64,000 nucleotides of DNA, taken from Nemertoderma westbladi. Its lineage: Eukaryota; Animalia; Xenacoelomorpha. How positions within the stretch are numbered: the first letter of the stretch is position 1; each line of letters starts with the position of its first letter. The translations under genes and the position numbers were made by a program. Location: the NCBI GenBank assembly GCA_032718475.1, contig JAUCBJ010008054.1, positions 1 to 64,000 of the forward strand. The letters are read 5' to 3'. Shown in pieces: positions 38,098 to 47,710 of this stretch. Under the pieces are notes generated by a model. That model was not told the DNA's origin. It made no database searches and worked only from the letters and a program-made list of their open reading frames with translations.

Positions 38098-39645
38098 GTC
38101 ACAGCCACTCAAAGCTATGTTACAACCACTCAATGCTATGTCACAGTCACTCAACGCTATCTCACAGGCGCTCAATGCCATGTCACAGCCAATCAACGCT
38201 AGCCACCCAACGCTATGTCACAGCCAATCAACGCTATGTCACAGCCACTCAATGCTATGCCACAGCCACCCAACGCTATGTCACAGTCACCCAACGCTAT
38301 GTCACAGCCAATCAACGCTAGCCACCCAACGCTATGTCACAGCCACTCAAAGCTATGTCACAGCCACTCAACGCTATGTCACAGCCAATCAACGCTATGT
38401 CACAGCCACTCAATGCTATGCCACATCCACCCAACGCTATGTCACAGCCGCTCAATGCTATGTCACAGCCACTCAACGCTATGTCACAGCCAATCAACGC
38501 TAGCCACCCAACGCTATGTCACATCCAATCAACGCTATGCCACAGCCACTCAATGATATGTCACAGCCGCTCAATGCTTTGTCACAGCCACTCAAAGCTA
38601 TGTCACAGCCACTCAACGCTATGTCACAGCCAATCAACGCTATGTCACAGCCACTCAATGCTATGCCACAGCCACCCAACGCTATGTCACAGCCGCTCAA
38701 TGCTATGTCACAGCCGCTCAATGCTTTGTCACAGCCACTCAAAGCTATGTCACAGCCACTCAACGCTATGTCACAGTTACTCAACGCTATGTCACAGCCA
38801 CTCAACGCTATGTCACAGCCAATCAACGCTAGCCACCCAACGCTATGTCACAGCCAATCAACGCTATGTCACAGCCACTCAATGATATGTCACAGCCGCT
38901 CAATGCTTTGTCACAGCCACTCAAAGCTATGTCACAGCCAAGCCACTCAACGCTATGTCACAGCCAATCAATGCTATGTCACAGCCACTCAATGCTATGC
39001 CACAGCCACCCAACGCTATGTCACAGCCGCTCAATGCTATGTCACAGCCACTCAACGCTATGTCACAGCCAATCAACGCTAGCCACCCAACGCTATGTCA
39101 CAGCCAATCAACGCTATGTCACAGCCACTCAATGATATGTCACAGCCGCTCAATGCTTTGTCACAGCCACTCAAAGCTATGTCACAGCCACTCAAAGCTA
39201 TGTCACAGCCACTCAACGCTATGTCACAGCCAATCAACGCTATGTCACACCACTCAATGCTATGCCACAGCCACCCAACGCTACGTCACAGCCGCTCAAT
39301 GCTATGTCACAGCCGCTCAATGCGTCACAACCGCTCAATGCTTTGTCACAGCCACTCAAAGCTATGTCACAGCCACTCAACGCTATGTCACAGTTACTCA
39401 ACGCTATGTCACAGCCACTCAACGCTATGTCACAGCCAATCAACGCTAGCCACCCAACGCTATGTCACAGCTAATCAACGCTATGCCACAGCCACTCAAT
39501 GCTATGCCACAGCCACCCAACGCTATGTCACAGTCACCCAACGCTGGCCACCCATCGCTGGCCACCCAACGCTGTGTCACAGTCACCCAACGCTGGCCAC
39601 CCATCGCTGGCCACCCAACGCTATGTCACAGCGACAGCCACTCAA
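38098..39645. repeat. 21-bp satellite, ~70 units, with 14-bp deletion variants
   Basis: Unit GCTATGTCACAGCCACTCAAC; periodic CAATCAACGCTAGCCACCCAAC variant. Confidence 0.95.
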
Positions 39646-39814
39646 CAATTCCCCATTTATTTTTATTTAGGTTTACATCTAGTAGATAATTTATTGTAGA
39701 TGATGAAGTCTTAGTCTAATATAATCGTAGTCCGAGCCTTATATTTTTTTAACACATAAATAAATTAATTTTCCAGATCCAAGATACGGGAAAGTTATTC
39801 CACTTTGCTAGCAA

Positions 39815-40310
39815 CGGATATCCTTGGTGGAACGGACTCCGGATTCAATGATATCGACGGATCCTTGGCGGAACGGACCTCCGGATTCAGTGATATCGAC
39901 GGATCCTTGACGGAACGGACTCCGGATTCAGTGATATCGACGGATCCTTGGCGGAACGGACTCCGGATTCAGTGATATCGACGGATCCTTGGCGGAACGG
40001 ACTCTGGATTCAGTGATATCGACGGATCCTTGGTGGAATGGACTCCAGATTCAGTGATATCGACAGATCCTTGGCGGAACGGACTCCGGATTCAGTGATA
40101 TCGACAGATCCTTGGCGGAACGGACTCCGGATTCAGTGATATCGACGGATCCTTGGCGGAACGGACTCCGGATTCAGTGATATCGACGGATCCTTGGCGG
40201 AACGGACTCCGGATTCAGTGATATCGACGGATCCTTGGCGGAACGGACTCCGGATTCAGTGATATCGACAGATCCTTGGCGGAACGGACTCCGGATTCAG
40301 TGATATCGAT
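39815..40310. repeat. 41-bp minisatellite, ~12 copies
   Basis: Unit GACGGATCCTTGGCGGAACGGACTCCGGATTCAGTGATATC, head-to-tail with no spacers. Confidence 0.95.
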
Positions 40311-42449
40311 GCGGCTGAAACTGAATGATCAATGTAACTGAAAACTCCCCGTGACGTCCCAACATTATAACAGATGATTTCTCTCAAAAATAAAACTGTA
40401 ACCTAATCTATTGTGCTTAGTTTATTGTTTTGGTTAAAATAATGTGCCACTGTAACCTGCTCCTTTCCCTAAATTGAGAATTTAACATTGAGGCGGGATA
40501 TTAATTCGCCAAGATGAGATTTGCGTCCAGTTACCCCCCTTGTCTCCAATTTTGGAACATTGAAGTGAACAGGGAAATTTTTGCAACTATTTATTATATT
40601 TCAATATTGGATAATAATTTCCTTTGTGCTCTGATGGATAGCCCATACAATTTTAGGAAAAGTCACAGAATCTCGGTTTTCACAACATATCTGTTTCAGA
40701 GATACCGATTAATTTCAAAAAAATTTAAATGACCCTCACCCACCCACCCCCCCCCCCCCCCCCCAGGCCAAATAGCGTTAAAGAAGGCTGCGGTTGGTCT
40801 ATATTATTACAGTTCAAATGGAATTCTGTTTCACTTTTGTATATTATATGTATACTGTATTACAGTACAATTTTACTTAAAGTTTGTGCAATGCAGTTCA
40901 TTTGTTTAATAGGTGTTGTTGTTATTGTGAACAATAACACTAGTTTTTAGGTGGTTAAGTTGTGCTGTACTGGCTACTACTACCTTGTGCTTAATAATAT
41001 TCATGTTTTACACATAAATTATCTTCTTAATTCGAACAATTGCATACCATGGGAACAATCCGGTGGTCGAATCAATGGATGACCAAATTAGTGTAGAGAA
41101 TAACGATTTACAACGTTTAAAACAAACGTTTTCTTTGCATTAAAAAAACGTATATTTCCAAGCAATTTCGAAAGAACCGACGCATGATTCACGTTAGTTA
41201 CACATGCTAGACACACGTTTAATTCAAACGTCATAAAGAACCGGCGATTGGGTAACGTTTGTTTCATGCTATTTACACGTTTACTTCTAAACGTTTATTA
41301 CATGCCACCCGCTTGGACAAAATAACATGAAAATTACCTATTTCTGGACGTGTCGCAAATGTTTTTTCAAACGTTTGCCATGTTCAATAAAAATGTGATA
41401 TAAACATTAAAATAACATGCAATTGTTATCAGGGACATTAATACTGCGGTACCGGTACTGCAGTACAACAACAGCGACAGTACAGCAGTACTGTATTGTT
41501 TGGGTAGGTGATCTAATCCCTATATGTGAGAGCCACGCGTACCTTCTAGGTTATGACAGCAGTATGCTAATCAAGGTTCGGGTAGACAGCAGTATCCTTA
41601 TAGGTGAAAAAAAACAAATGCTATTGCATCAAATTACTGCTGTACTGATAAAGTAGATGACAGTTGTGGATAGGAGCTGCGAGGGTAGCTGTGAGGTTGA
41701 CCGCTTCCCCGCAGTGTGGCTGACTGCGTACACATCTGATTGTAACTGGCTCACGATATTGTATACATTGGCTTAGTTTGTTACTGCAGGTACTGTTACA
41801 TTAATACTGTAGTACTGGTACTGCAGTACAATGCTAATCAAAGGAAATCAGTATGCTGTATCTGACTATGCTGTTACAACAACAACGACAGTACTGCAGT
41901 ACTGTATTGTTTGGGTAGGTGATCTAATCCCTGTATGTGAGACCCCTGCGTGTAATCCGGATCATGACAGCAGTATGCTATTGCTTCAGATTACTGCTGT
42001 ACTGATACCAGTAGACTGTGACTACAGTGTTGGAAGAGTAAAACACTACCGGTACTGATAAAGCGGATGACAGTTGTGGTTAGGCCTATAATAAATTATT
42101 GAATTTATCAGTACCGGTACCAACAGGTTAACACTACATCCTATACAGTTTATGTTGCATTTCTGACTAATATTACTAGTCAACTACTGTATGTGTTATT
42201 AGTTTGCGATGTATAGGATGTTTCGCAATACCAGTACATCTATATTATAATGATATCGAGAATACTTACTGTACATGTTACGTCTACTTCATATTGTTAA
42301 ATGTGTATGGTTAACCTAGCGCAATTGACTCTTTTTTAGAGAACTTGTTGTAAAAAAATTATATTTTATTATATTTTTATATTAACATCAAGATCATCAC
42401 CAAAATAAAATTATATTATATCCCATCACATTACAAGCTTACAGTAAAC

Positions 42450-43046
42450 CTACAGTACATCTTCCACCGCAGTTATTTCTTTCTGTTTATCATCATCAGT
42501 CGCAGTTAAACGCTTTCTCATGAAAAAGTGTAGCATCTCATACCCCCCAACGCGTTTTGCTGAGCAGTATCGCAGACAGTTATCCCTTATGTTTAAGTGG
42601 AACGCACATTTATTTTCCACTGTAGTAAATTGATCGTGGAAGCGACAGGGGGTTAAATAATCATGATATTGCTTATATATTCCCAATTTCTCCACCGAAT
42701 TTGGCGCGAGAACATCGAGTTGGGTGTTTAATATTGCCCGCTTCATCAACCCAAATACATGTATATTTTTTTTATATTTTAAATGTCTCTTCATGTATTT
42801 TTTAAAGTCATCTTGCGAAATGTCACCGTAATCCCAAGGTAAATGCGAAGTCATGTCTCGTAAATTGTTTACGTGAGCTACATCTAAAGCTGATAACTTA
42901 ATATTAGGTGGGCCTTTAATTAAAAACGTCTTTACATTAGTTTTGGTGTAATTAGAATCGAATATAGCAAATTCTTTAAATACTACCGGATACTCTTTAT
43001 TGTCTATCTTATAATATTGAAAATCAACAAAAATAATATTATCCAT
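42450..43046 (-). CDS. Conserved Polinton/Maverick protein with a DEDD/RNase H-like N-terminal motif and Cys/His cluster
   Basis: FVDFQYYK...VFKEFAIFD, PWDYGD, C..H...CS; a paralog (VIDFQFYK...VFKEISV) follows the protease in the second module. Confidence 0.6.
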   Translation of the reverse strand: MDNIIFVDFQYYKIDNKEYPVVFKEFAIFDSNYTKTNVKTFLIKGPPNIKLSALDVAHVNNLRDMTSHLPWDYGDISQDDFKKYMKRHLKYKKNIHVFGLMKRAILNTQLDVLAPNSVEKLGIYKQYHDYLTPCRFHDQFTTVENKCAFHLNIRDNCLRYCSAKRVGGYEMLHFFMRKRLTATDDDKQKEITAVEDVL

Positions 43047-43077
43047 TTTATCTGATAAACAAAAGCTAAATGATTAA

Positions 43078-43530
43078 TTACAACGCTTGTTGGTTTATTT
43101 TATAATAATTAACAAGCCATTTATATAATATTATTTCATTTATTTCCACATTATTTGTAAACGCACTCATTGGATAGTTTGTGTGAATTCGATTTACCAA
43201 GTAATAAAGACAGTATAGGCCGCATGTGGTCCTCCTTGGGTCTTGAAATTGTTTGCGAGTAGTACGCCATCTTGCGGAATTTTTCTCAAGCCATTTTTCG
43301 ATGCATCTGTTTGGATATTTTGATCCGAATGAATCAAATAATTCAGCCTCATTATCTCGTATATATATTGCGATCCAATGAATCCCGGGCAGATGCTCTT
43401 TATCGGTATTTACTATTAACCCATAATCTCTTCGCTTATTATTATCTAATTTAGGTAATTTATTAGCTGGAAACACACCCAAATAGTGACCACCCACTGG
43501 AAACATATCAAGGTCCTCTGTAGATAACAT
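43078..43530 (-). CDS. Adenain-like cysteine protease (Polinton PRO)
   Basis: Catalytic motifs GIHWIAI, FDSFG, QFQ...TCGLYC; 150 aa; intact. Confidence 0.9.
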   Translation of the reverse strand: MLSTEDLDMFPVGGHYLGVFPANKLPKLDNNKRRDYGLIVNTDKEHLPGIHWIAIYIRDNEAELFDSFGSKYPNRCIEKWLEKNSARWRTTRKQFQDPRRTTCGLYCLYYLVNRIHTNYPMSAFTNNVEINEIILYKWLVNYYKINQQAL

Positions 43531-43532
43531 AC

Positions 43533-44792
43533 TTAATTGATATGTATTTCTTTCCTGCTATTTAAACTTAATGATTGATCATAAATATTAAAAACGATTA
43601 CATTTATGGTTTCAACCAACGGTTCGGCAAATCTTAATTTTAATTGGCCGTTAGTATATATCAACGGTTGCGGATCTCTAACATAGCCGTCAGCGGTTAA
43701 GTCCCAGGATAGGAGGGGGCAATTACCTAAGTAGGTTTCATGGTCTATATTATTACCTCCATAACCGTTAATATATGTATTAATGTTCTTCATTAATTGA
43801 GTATACTCAAAAATATATGTTCCATCTGTAAAATTAGGCTCGTATATTACACCACCTACTGGAAGACCGTCTACAATCAGTTCCGCGCGTCTAAGGTTAA
43901 AATGTTCAAATTTCAAGGGATTGCTAATTAATTCTCCCGAATAAGCGTTATTTGTTATGAAGCCGATAATAACTAATTTGGGTTTTTTACCATCAAATAT
44001 GTTTGTTTGGGTGTAATTTGTGGTTTGAGCGGGAATAGTAAATGTTGTAACCTCCTTTTTTTGGAATTGATATTCAATATCGTAACTCTCTAAACCTTTT
44101 ACGTGACTGCTTTCTATTACAGGATTAACCTCCATTCTTGGGATTAGGATCTTTATTTCATCTAATTCTAGCCGAAGATTTGTCACCGCGTTTGCGTTTG
44201 GAGTGATTTTAAAAATAAACGAATTTGATACTTTTCTAAAATGCATTCTTAAATCATACCCGGGTTGTATTATTTTGCTTTCAGTATCAAAATCAATCAT
44301 CAATCCACTTACAAATTGCATTTGTTTACTAAAGGCATCGCCAATAGGATGCGCGCCGGGATCAATTTCATTTCCGTGTTCAGATAAAGGCTGATGAAAG
44401 CCACCCGCACCCAGTAGCCCATTTTTATCCTCGTAAGTTGTAAATAATAAATTGGATAAGTACGACTTGTAGAAATAATGGTTATTGCTATTTTCAACCT
44501 GCTTCTCATTAAGGTCTATTTTAATATCACTCCACATAGTTTCAGCGGGGTAATTCAGCATATATATATGGGAATTTTCAAGTCGTCTATCCCACCGTAC
44601 AGTACATTTTGTAATTAATAACGCATCTTGCAGTTTCGTATAGAATTCATTGGATCTCGGTACAAGGAACGTGACTTCCCTAGACTCACTTCTGAGATTA
44701 GATACGGGGTAAATTGTTTCATAATGCTTTGCTTTAAATTCAGTCTGTATTGGCTGTGTAGAAAATAAATCTAATTCCTTAATAATTGACAT
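43533..44792 (-). CDS. Polinton/adintovirus-like major capsid protein (double jelly-roll, hexon-like)
   Basis: ELDLF..PIQT N-terminus, NIFDGKKPKLVIIGF, AYSG...NPLKFEHFN, WDLT, LKLRFAEPL; position between basic protein and protease; 419 aa, intact. Confidence 0.85.
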   Translation of the reverse strand: MSIIKELDLFSTQPIQTEFKAKHYETIYPVSNLRSESREVTFLVPRSNEFYTKLQDALLITKCTVRWDRRLENSHIYMLNYPAETMWSDIKIDLNEKQVENSNNHYFYKSYLSNLLFTTYEDKNGLLGAGGFHQPLSEHGNEIDPGAHPIGDAFSKQMQFVSGLMIDFDTESKIIQPGYDLRMHFRKVSNSFIFKITPNANAVTNLRLELDEIKILIPRMEVNPVIESSHVKGLESYDIEYQFQKKEVTTFTIPAQTTNYTQTNIFDGKKPKLVIIGFITNNAYSGELISNPLKFEHFNLRRAELIVDGLPVGGVIYEPNFTDGTYIFEYTQLMKNINTYINGYGGNNIDHETYLGNCPLLSWDLTADGYVRDPQPLIYTNGQLKLRFAEPLVETINVIVFNIYDQSLSLNSRKEIHIN

Positions 44793-44794
44793 TA

Positions 44795-45355
44795 TTAAAA
44801 AATACTTTTTTCGCAGTGTTTCAGTTTGCCTTTTATATTTCTCTTTTTACTACGTCGATGATGTATGTTCATAGACATTGGTCTAGTGGGTCGCTTTAAA
44901 TCTCTATAAACTTTTTCTACAACTGACCTTGTTGACGGTTTCATTTTATTTAATGCTTTATTAATAACCGTATTAGCCTGCTGATGTAAGACCCGCTTAC
45001 CTTTTGGTATTACGTGTTGTCTCATAAATTTTGTGGTAAATGGAAAAGCTTTTTGTAAAACTTTTTTAGCTAATGGCTTACCAAATTTTTTCAATGTCGA
45101 TAAAGCGTCTGTAAATATACCTTCTCCGTGTTGATTTGCCCGCATACCTCTAGGATAACGTTGAAAACGACGTTGTTTTAAGTTTGGACCAAATGAGCCA
45201 ATTTGTTGACCGTAAGGGTCAATATATAAACCACCTCGAAAAACAGGAACTTGCGTCGAGCCTCTCGTACTTCTACCACCTTTAAAAACAGCAAGATTCG
45301 AGTCTGCACCACCATATTGAGGTTTACTGTATCTTTGAAATAAATCAGAATCCAT
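44795..45355 (-). CDS. Basic virion core / membrane-lytic-like protein with GG and GxG motifs
   Basis: Lys/Arg-rich; QYGG, FKGG, FRGG, QHGEG followed by amphipathic IFTDALSTLKKFGKPLAKKVL; directly upstream of the major capsid gene. Confidence 0.65.
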   Translation of the reverse strand: MDSDLFQRYSKPQYGGADSNLAVFKGGRSTRGSTQVPVFRGGLYIDPYGQQIGSFGPNLKQRRFQRYPRGMRANQHGEGIFTDALSTLKKFGKPLAKKVLQKAFPFTTKFMRQHVIPKGKRVLHQQANTVINKALNKMKPSTRSVVEKVYRDLKRPTRPMSMNIHHRRSKKRNIKGKLKHCEKSIF

Positions 45356-45356
45356 T

Positions 45357-46093
45357 TTAATTTATTCGTTTAAAGTGTAATGTAATAGATATTGTCCCGT
45401 ATTCAAAATTCAAATCTTTTCCTTCTTTGTCTGTTATTTCAATATGAATGTATGTTATCTTATATGATTTTTTTACAGGGATATAATGAATTGTATCCTT
45501 GACAAATTCTTTATTTATTACGCTACCATATTTCACGTCATCAGGTATCGCAACACGACGAAGTAAAGCTAAACCAAAGTCATTAATATATTGATTTTCA
45601 ATTATATTAGTTGTCACGTACATGTTCGACTTAGGTTCTGGAATAGAATTGGGTGGTTGAGGGCATAAAAATACCATCTGGTAAGCTTTTTCTCCAATTC
45701 CGATAACCTTTATTAAATAACCCTTTATATTATTTTTCGTCTTCAAAATAATTTTAAAATTTGGATTTAAATTCGCGCCGAGATTATTTTCAGTAATTCC
45801 AAAATAATAGGCTAATTGTTGACCTATAAATAAATACTGTAGAACAAACCGTATGGAAGTGTATCCTCAAAATTTTTTTTCCCTTTTTTTAATAAAATAA
45901 CATTCTCTACATTGTTATACATGGACGGCAACGTTGCTAAGTAAAATATACTTTTTATACCTACCACCCAGTTTTCGTTTGGGTTTATAGGTAGGTAAGG
46001 CGCCATGGAAATTGATCTGATAACTACTAGCGCTATTGCGGGGAAAATCAATTGGACAGGAGTTACTCGGTAGTCTTACGTAGAATTCATCCA
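45357..46093 (-). pseudogene. Minor capsid (penton-like) protein, copy 2, frameshifted
   Basis: MDEFYVRLPSNS...FPRNSASSY N-terminus; C-terminus MYVTTNIIE...LLR...HYIPV...IEITDKEG...ITLHFK; split over frames with stops. Confidence 0.7.
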
Positions 46094-46959
46094 TCACCGC
46101 CACCCCGTATTAACTTAAGTGTTATAACAGTGCGACCTCCGCTAAAATTAATTAATTCGCCTTGTCCGTCATGTAAAGTAATTAAGATTGTTTTTAGTTT
46201 TTTATTCAACAATGGGTAATAGCAAATGCTCTCGTATTCGTGATTAATATATTTTCGATTTAATTGCGTTAAAGGGCAGGTTCTTAAGAGCGGAGCTAAA
46301 GCGTCACCAACAAATGAGCTCTTAATAATATCTGTATATATAAAGATAGTGTCTTTATTACGTGTTATATTCGTGGGAGCTGGAAAATCTAAAATGCCAA
46401 TTTCCGAAATTTTTGGTCCGCTATAATTTAAAATTAATATCAGCTGTTCTATATTGCTTAATTCATCTACTGTAGTGGTACTGTATATATCCCAATTCGG
46501 AATATCCGGATGATTCTGATCCAATAACGGTTTTAAGCCTAGAAATTGTATTAAATCACCACGTAGACTTAATTGTATTTTTTTCAACTTTTTAGGAAAT
46601 TTAAATTTAATTCTAGAATTATTTGTATTAAAAATGAATTCGAAATCTCTATATTTCGCTTCAGAATTAAACAGTTTATTTATATCATCAATAATCACTT
46701 GAATAGAGCTATGCATACCAGGAAATAAACTATATAATTTGGCATCTTTTGCATATACCCCGATTGACAGCGAGATTTGAGTTTGCAGCGTAATATTACT
46801 GTATGTTGCTTGGTATTGAAGCTCAGCCAAACCAATTTTAGCGTTTGGACCAATATATAATTCTTCGGCTAAATCAACAGTAAACTCACTAGGATTATTA
46901 TTGGGGTAAGTGTTTAATGAGCTATCTTAAAGTAGAGTGATATATGTATCTGTGGCCAT
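46087..46959 (-). pseudogene. Minor capsid (penton-like) protein, copy 1, one premature stop
   Basis: In-frame ATG at 46959: MATDTYITLL*DSSLNTYPNNNPSEFTVDL (TAA at 46927-46929); C-terminus IFIYTDII...VGD..APLLR...YYPL...LHDGQGELINF. Confidence 0.75.
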
Positions 46960-47203
46960 TATTATTATTATTATTTAAGCTCTCTCTACTTGACTCCATT
47001 GTACATACAGTATAATGTTAAATTATAGACATCTGTGACCACGTTCATTGTCGCATCTTCTACAGTATATGCGAGGGATCAATATTTTACTGACTTTATT
47101 TAAAGCGGATGAACTATAGATATAGTAATATCATTCGAGTTAATATTGATTAATTACGGTCATATGCGACCAAAATGAATTAACATACAGTATAAACCTA
47201 AGC

Positions 47204-47710
47204 TTATTGAATATGCTGTACCCACGACTGTTTCTTGGATCCGATGAATCGGACTAAATATTCTTTCTTCCCATTGCGTACACGTTCTTTAAGTTTGCCA
47301 ATATTTTTGTCAATTGGTAGATAAATATTACTATTCGGGTGGACCTTTTGGAGTTCGTGAGAATAAAATGCGCCATTTATTATAGCTCCAGCGCTGTCCT
47401 TAATATCGAACATTACCGCTGGTACTCTATCCAACCTGACACGATGAATAATAAATAATTCACGTGTCCATTGTTCTCGATAGCCTTTAGCAAAAGCAGT
47501 ACGAGCGATAGATAATCGTACTGTATCTCCAACTTTAAATTTTATTTTCTTGTGATTAATCTGTCTATATTTACCATATAATATATTCATTAATTCAGTT
47601 TCATTAAATTTATTAACATCAATGGGAGTCATTTGTATTGTCCTATGATATGACCTATTATAAGCTGAGATAAGCTTAGGTAAAATTTTTATCCAAACAT
47701 TATTTCCCCG
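47204..47710 (-). pseudogene. Polinton/Maverick retroviral-like integrase, C-terminal half
   Basis: WIKILPKLISAYNRSYHRTIQMTP, KFKVGDTVRLS, FAKGY..QWTRELF, GAFYSHELQKV and chromo-like KEYLVRFIG..SWV; catalytic DDE N-half missing. Confidence 0.88.

Larger units (their letters stand above)
36173..41434. mobile_element. 5.26-kb non-autonomous CMC/EnSpm-like DNA transposon with 2-bp TSD
   Basis: TIR CCCTGCTAAC / GTTATCAGGG; AC duplicated on both sides; empty site TGTTACATTAATACTG seen in the two sister repeats; AACATGTT/AAACGTT subterminal repeats. Confidence 0.8.
35943..41893. repeat. Dispersed direct repeats (~165 bp) at 35943-36107 and 41731-41893, plus a third copy split by a transposon
   Basis: GATTGTAACT(G/T)GCTCACGATATTGTATACA..GG(C/T)TTAGTTTGTTACT...TGTTACATTAATACTG block occurs three times. 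Confidence 0.8.

Noticed and set aside
37996-39699. Many overlapping ORFs (MSQPLNA / LCHSHST / YVTATQR repeats)
   Set aside because: Artefacts of a 21-bp satellite open in all frames.
39815-40310. CRISPR-like array (41-bp repeats containing palindromes)
   Set aside because: Units are head-to-tail with no unique spacers, there are no cas genes and the context is eukaryotic.
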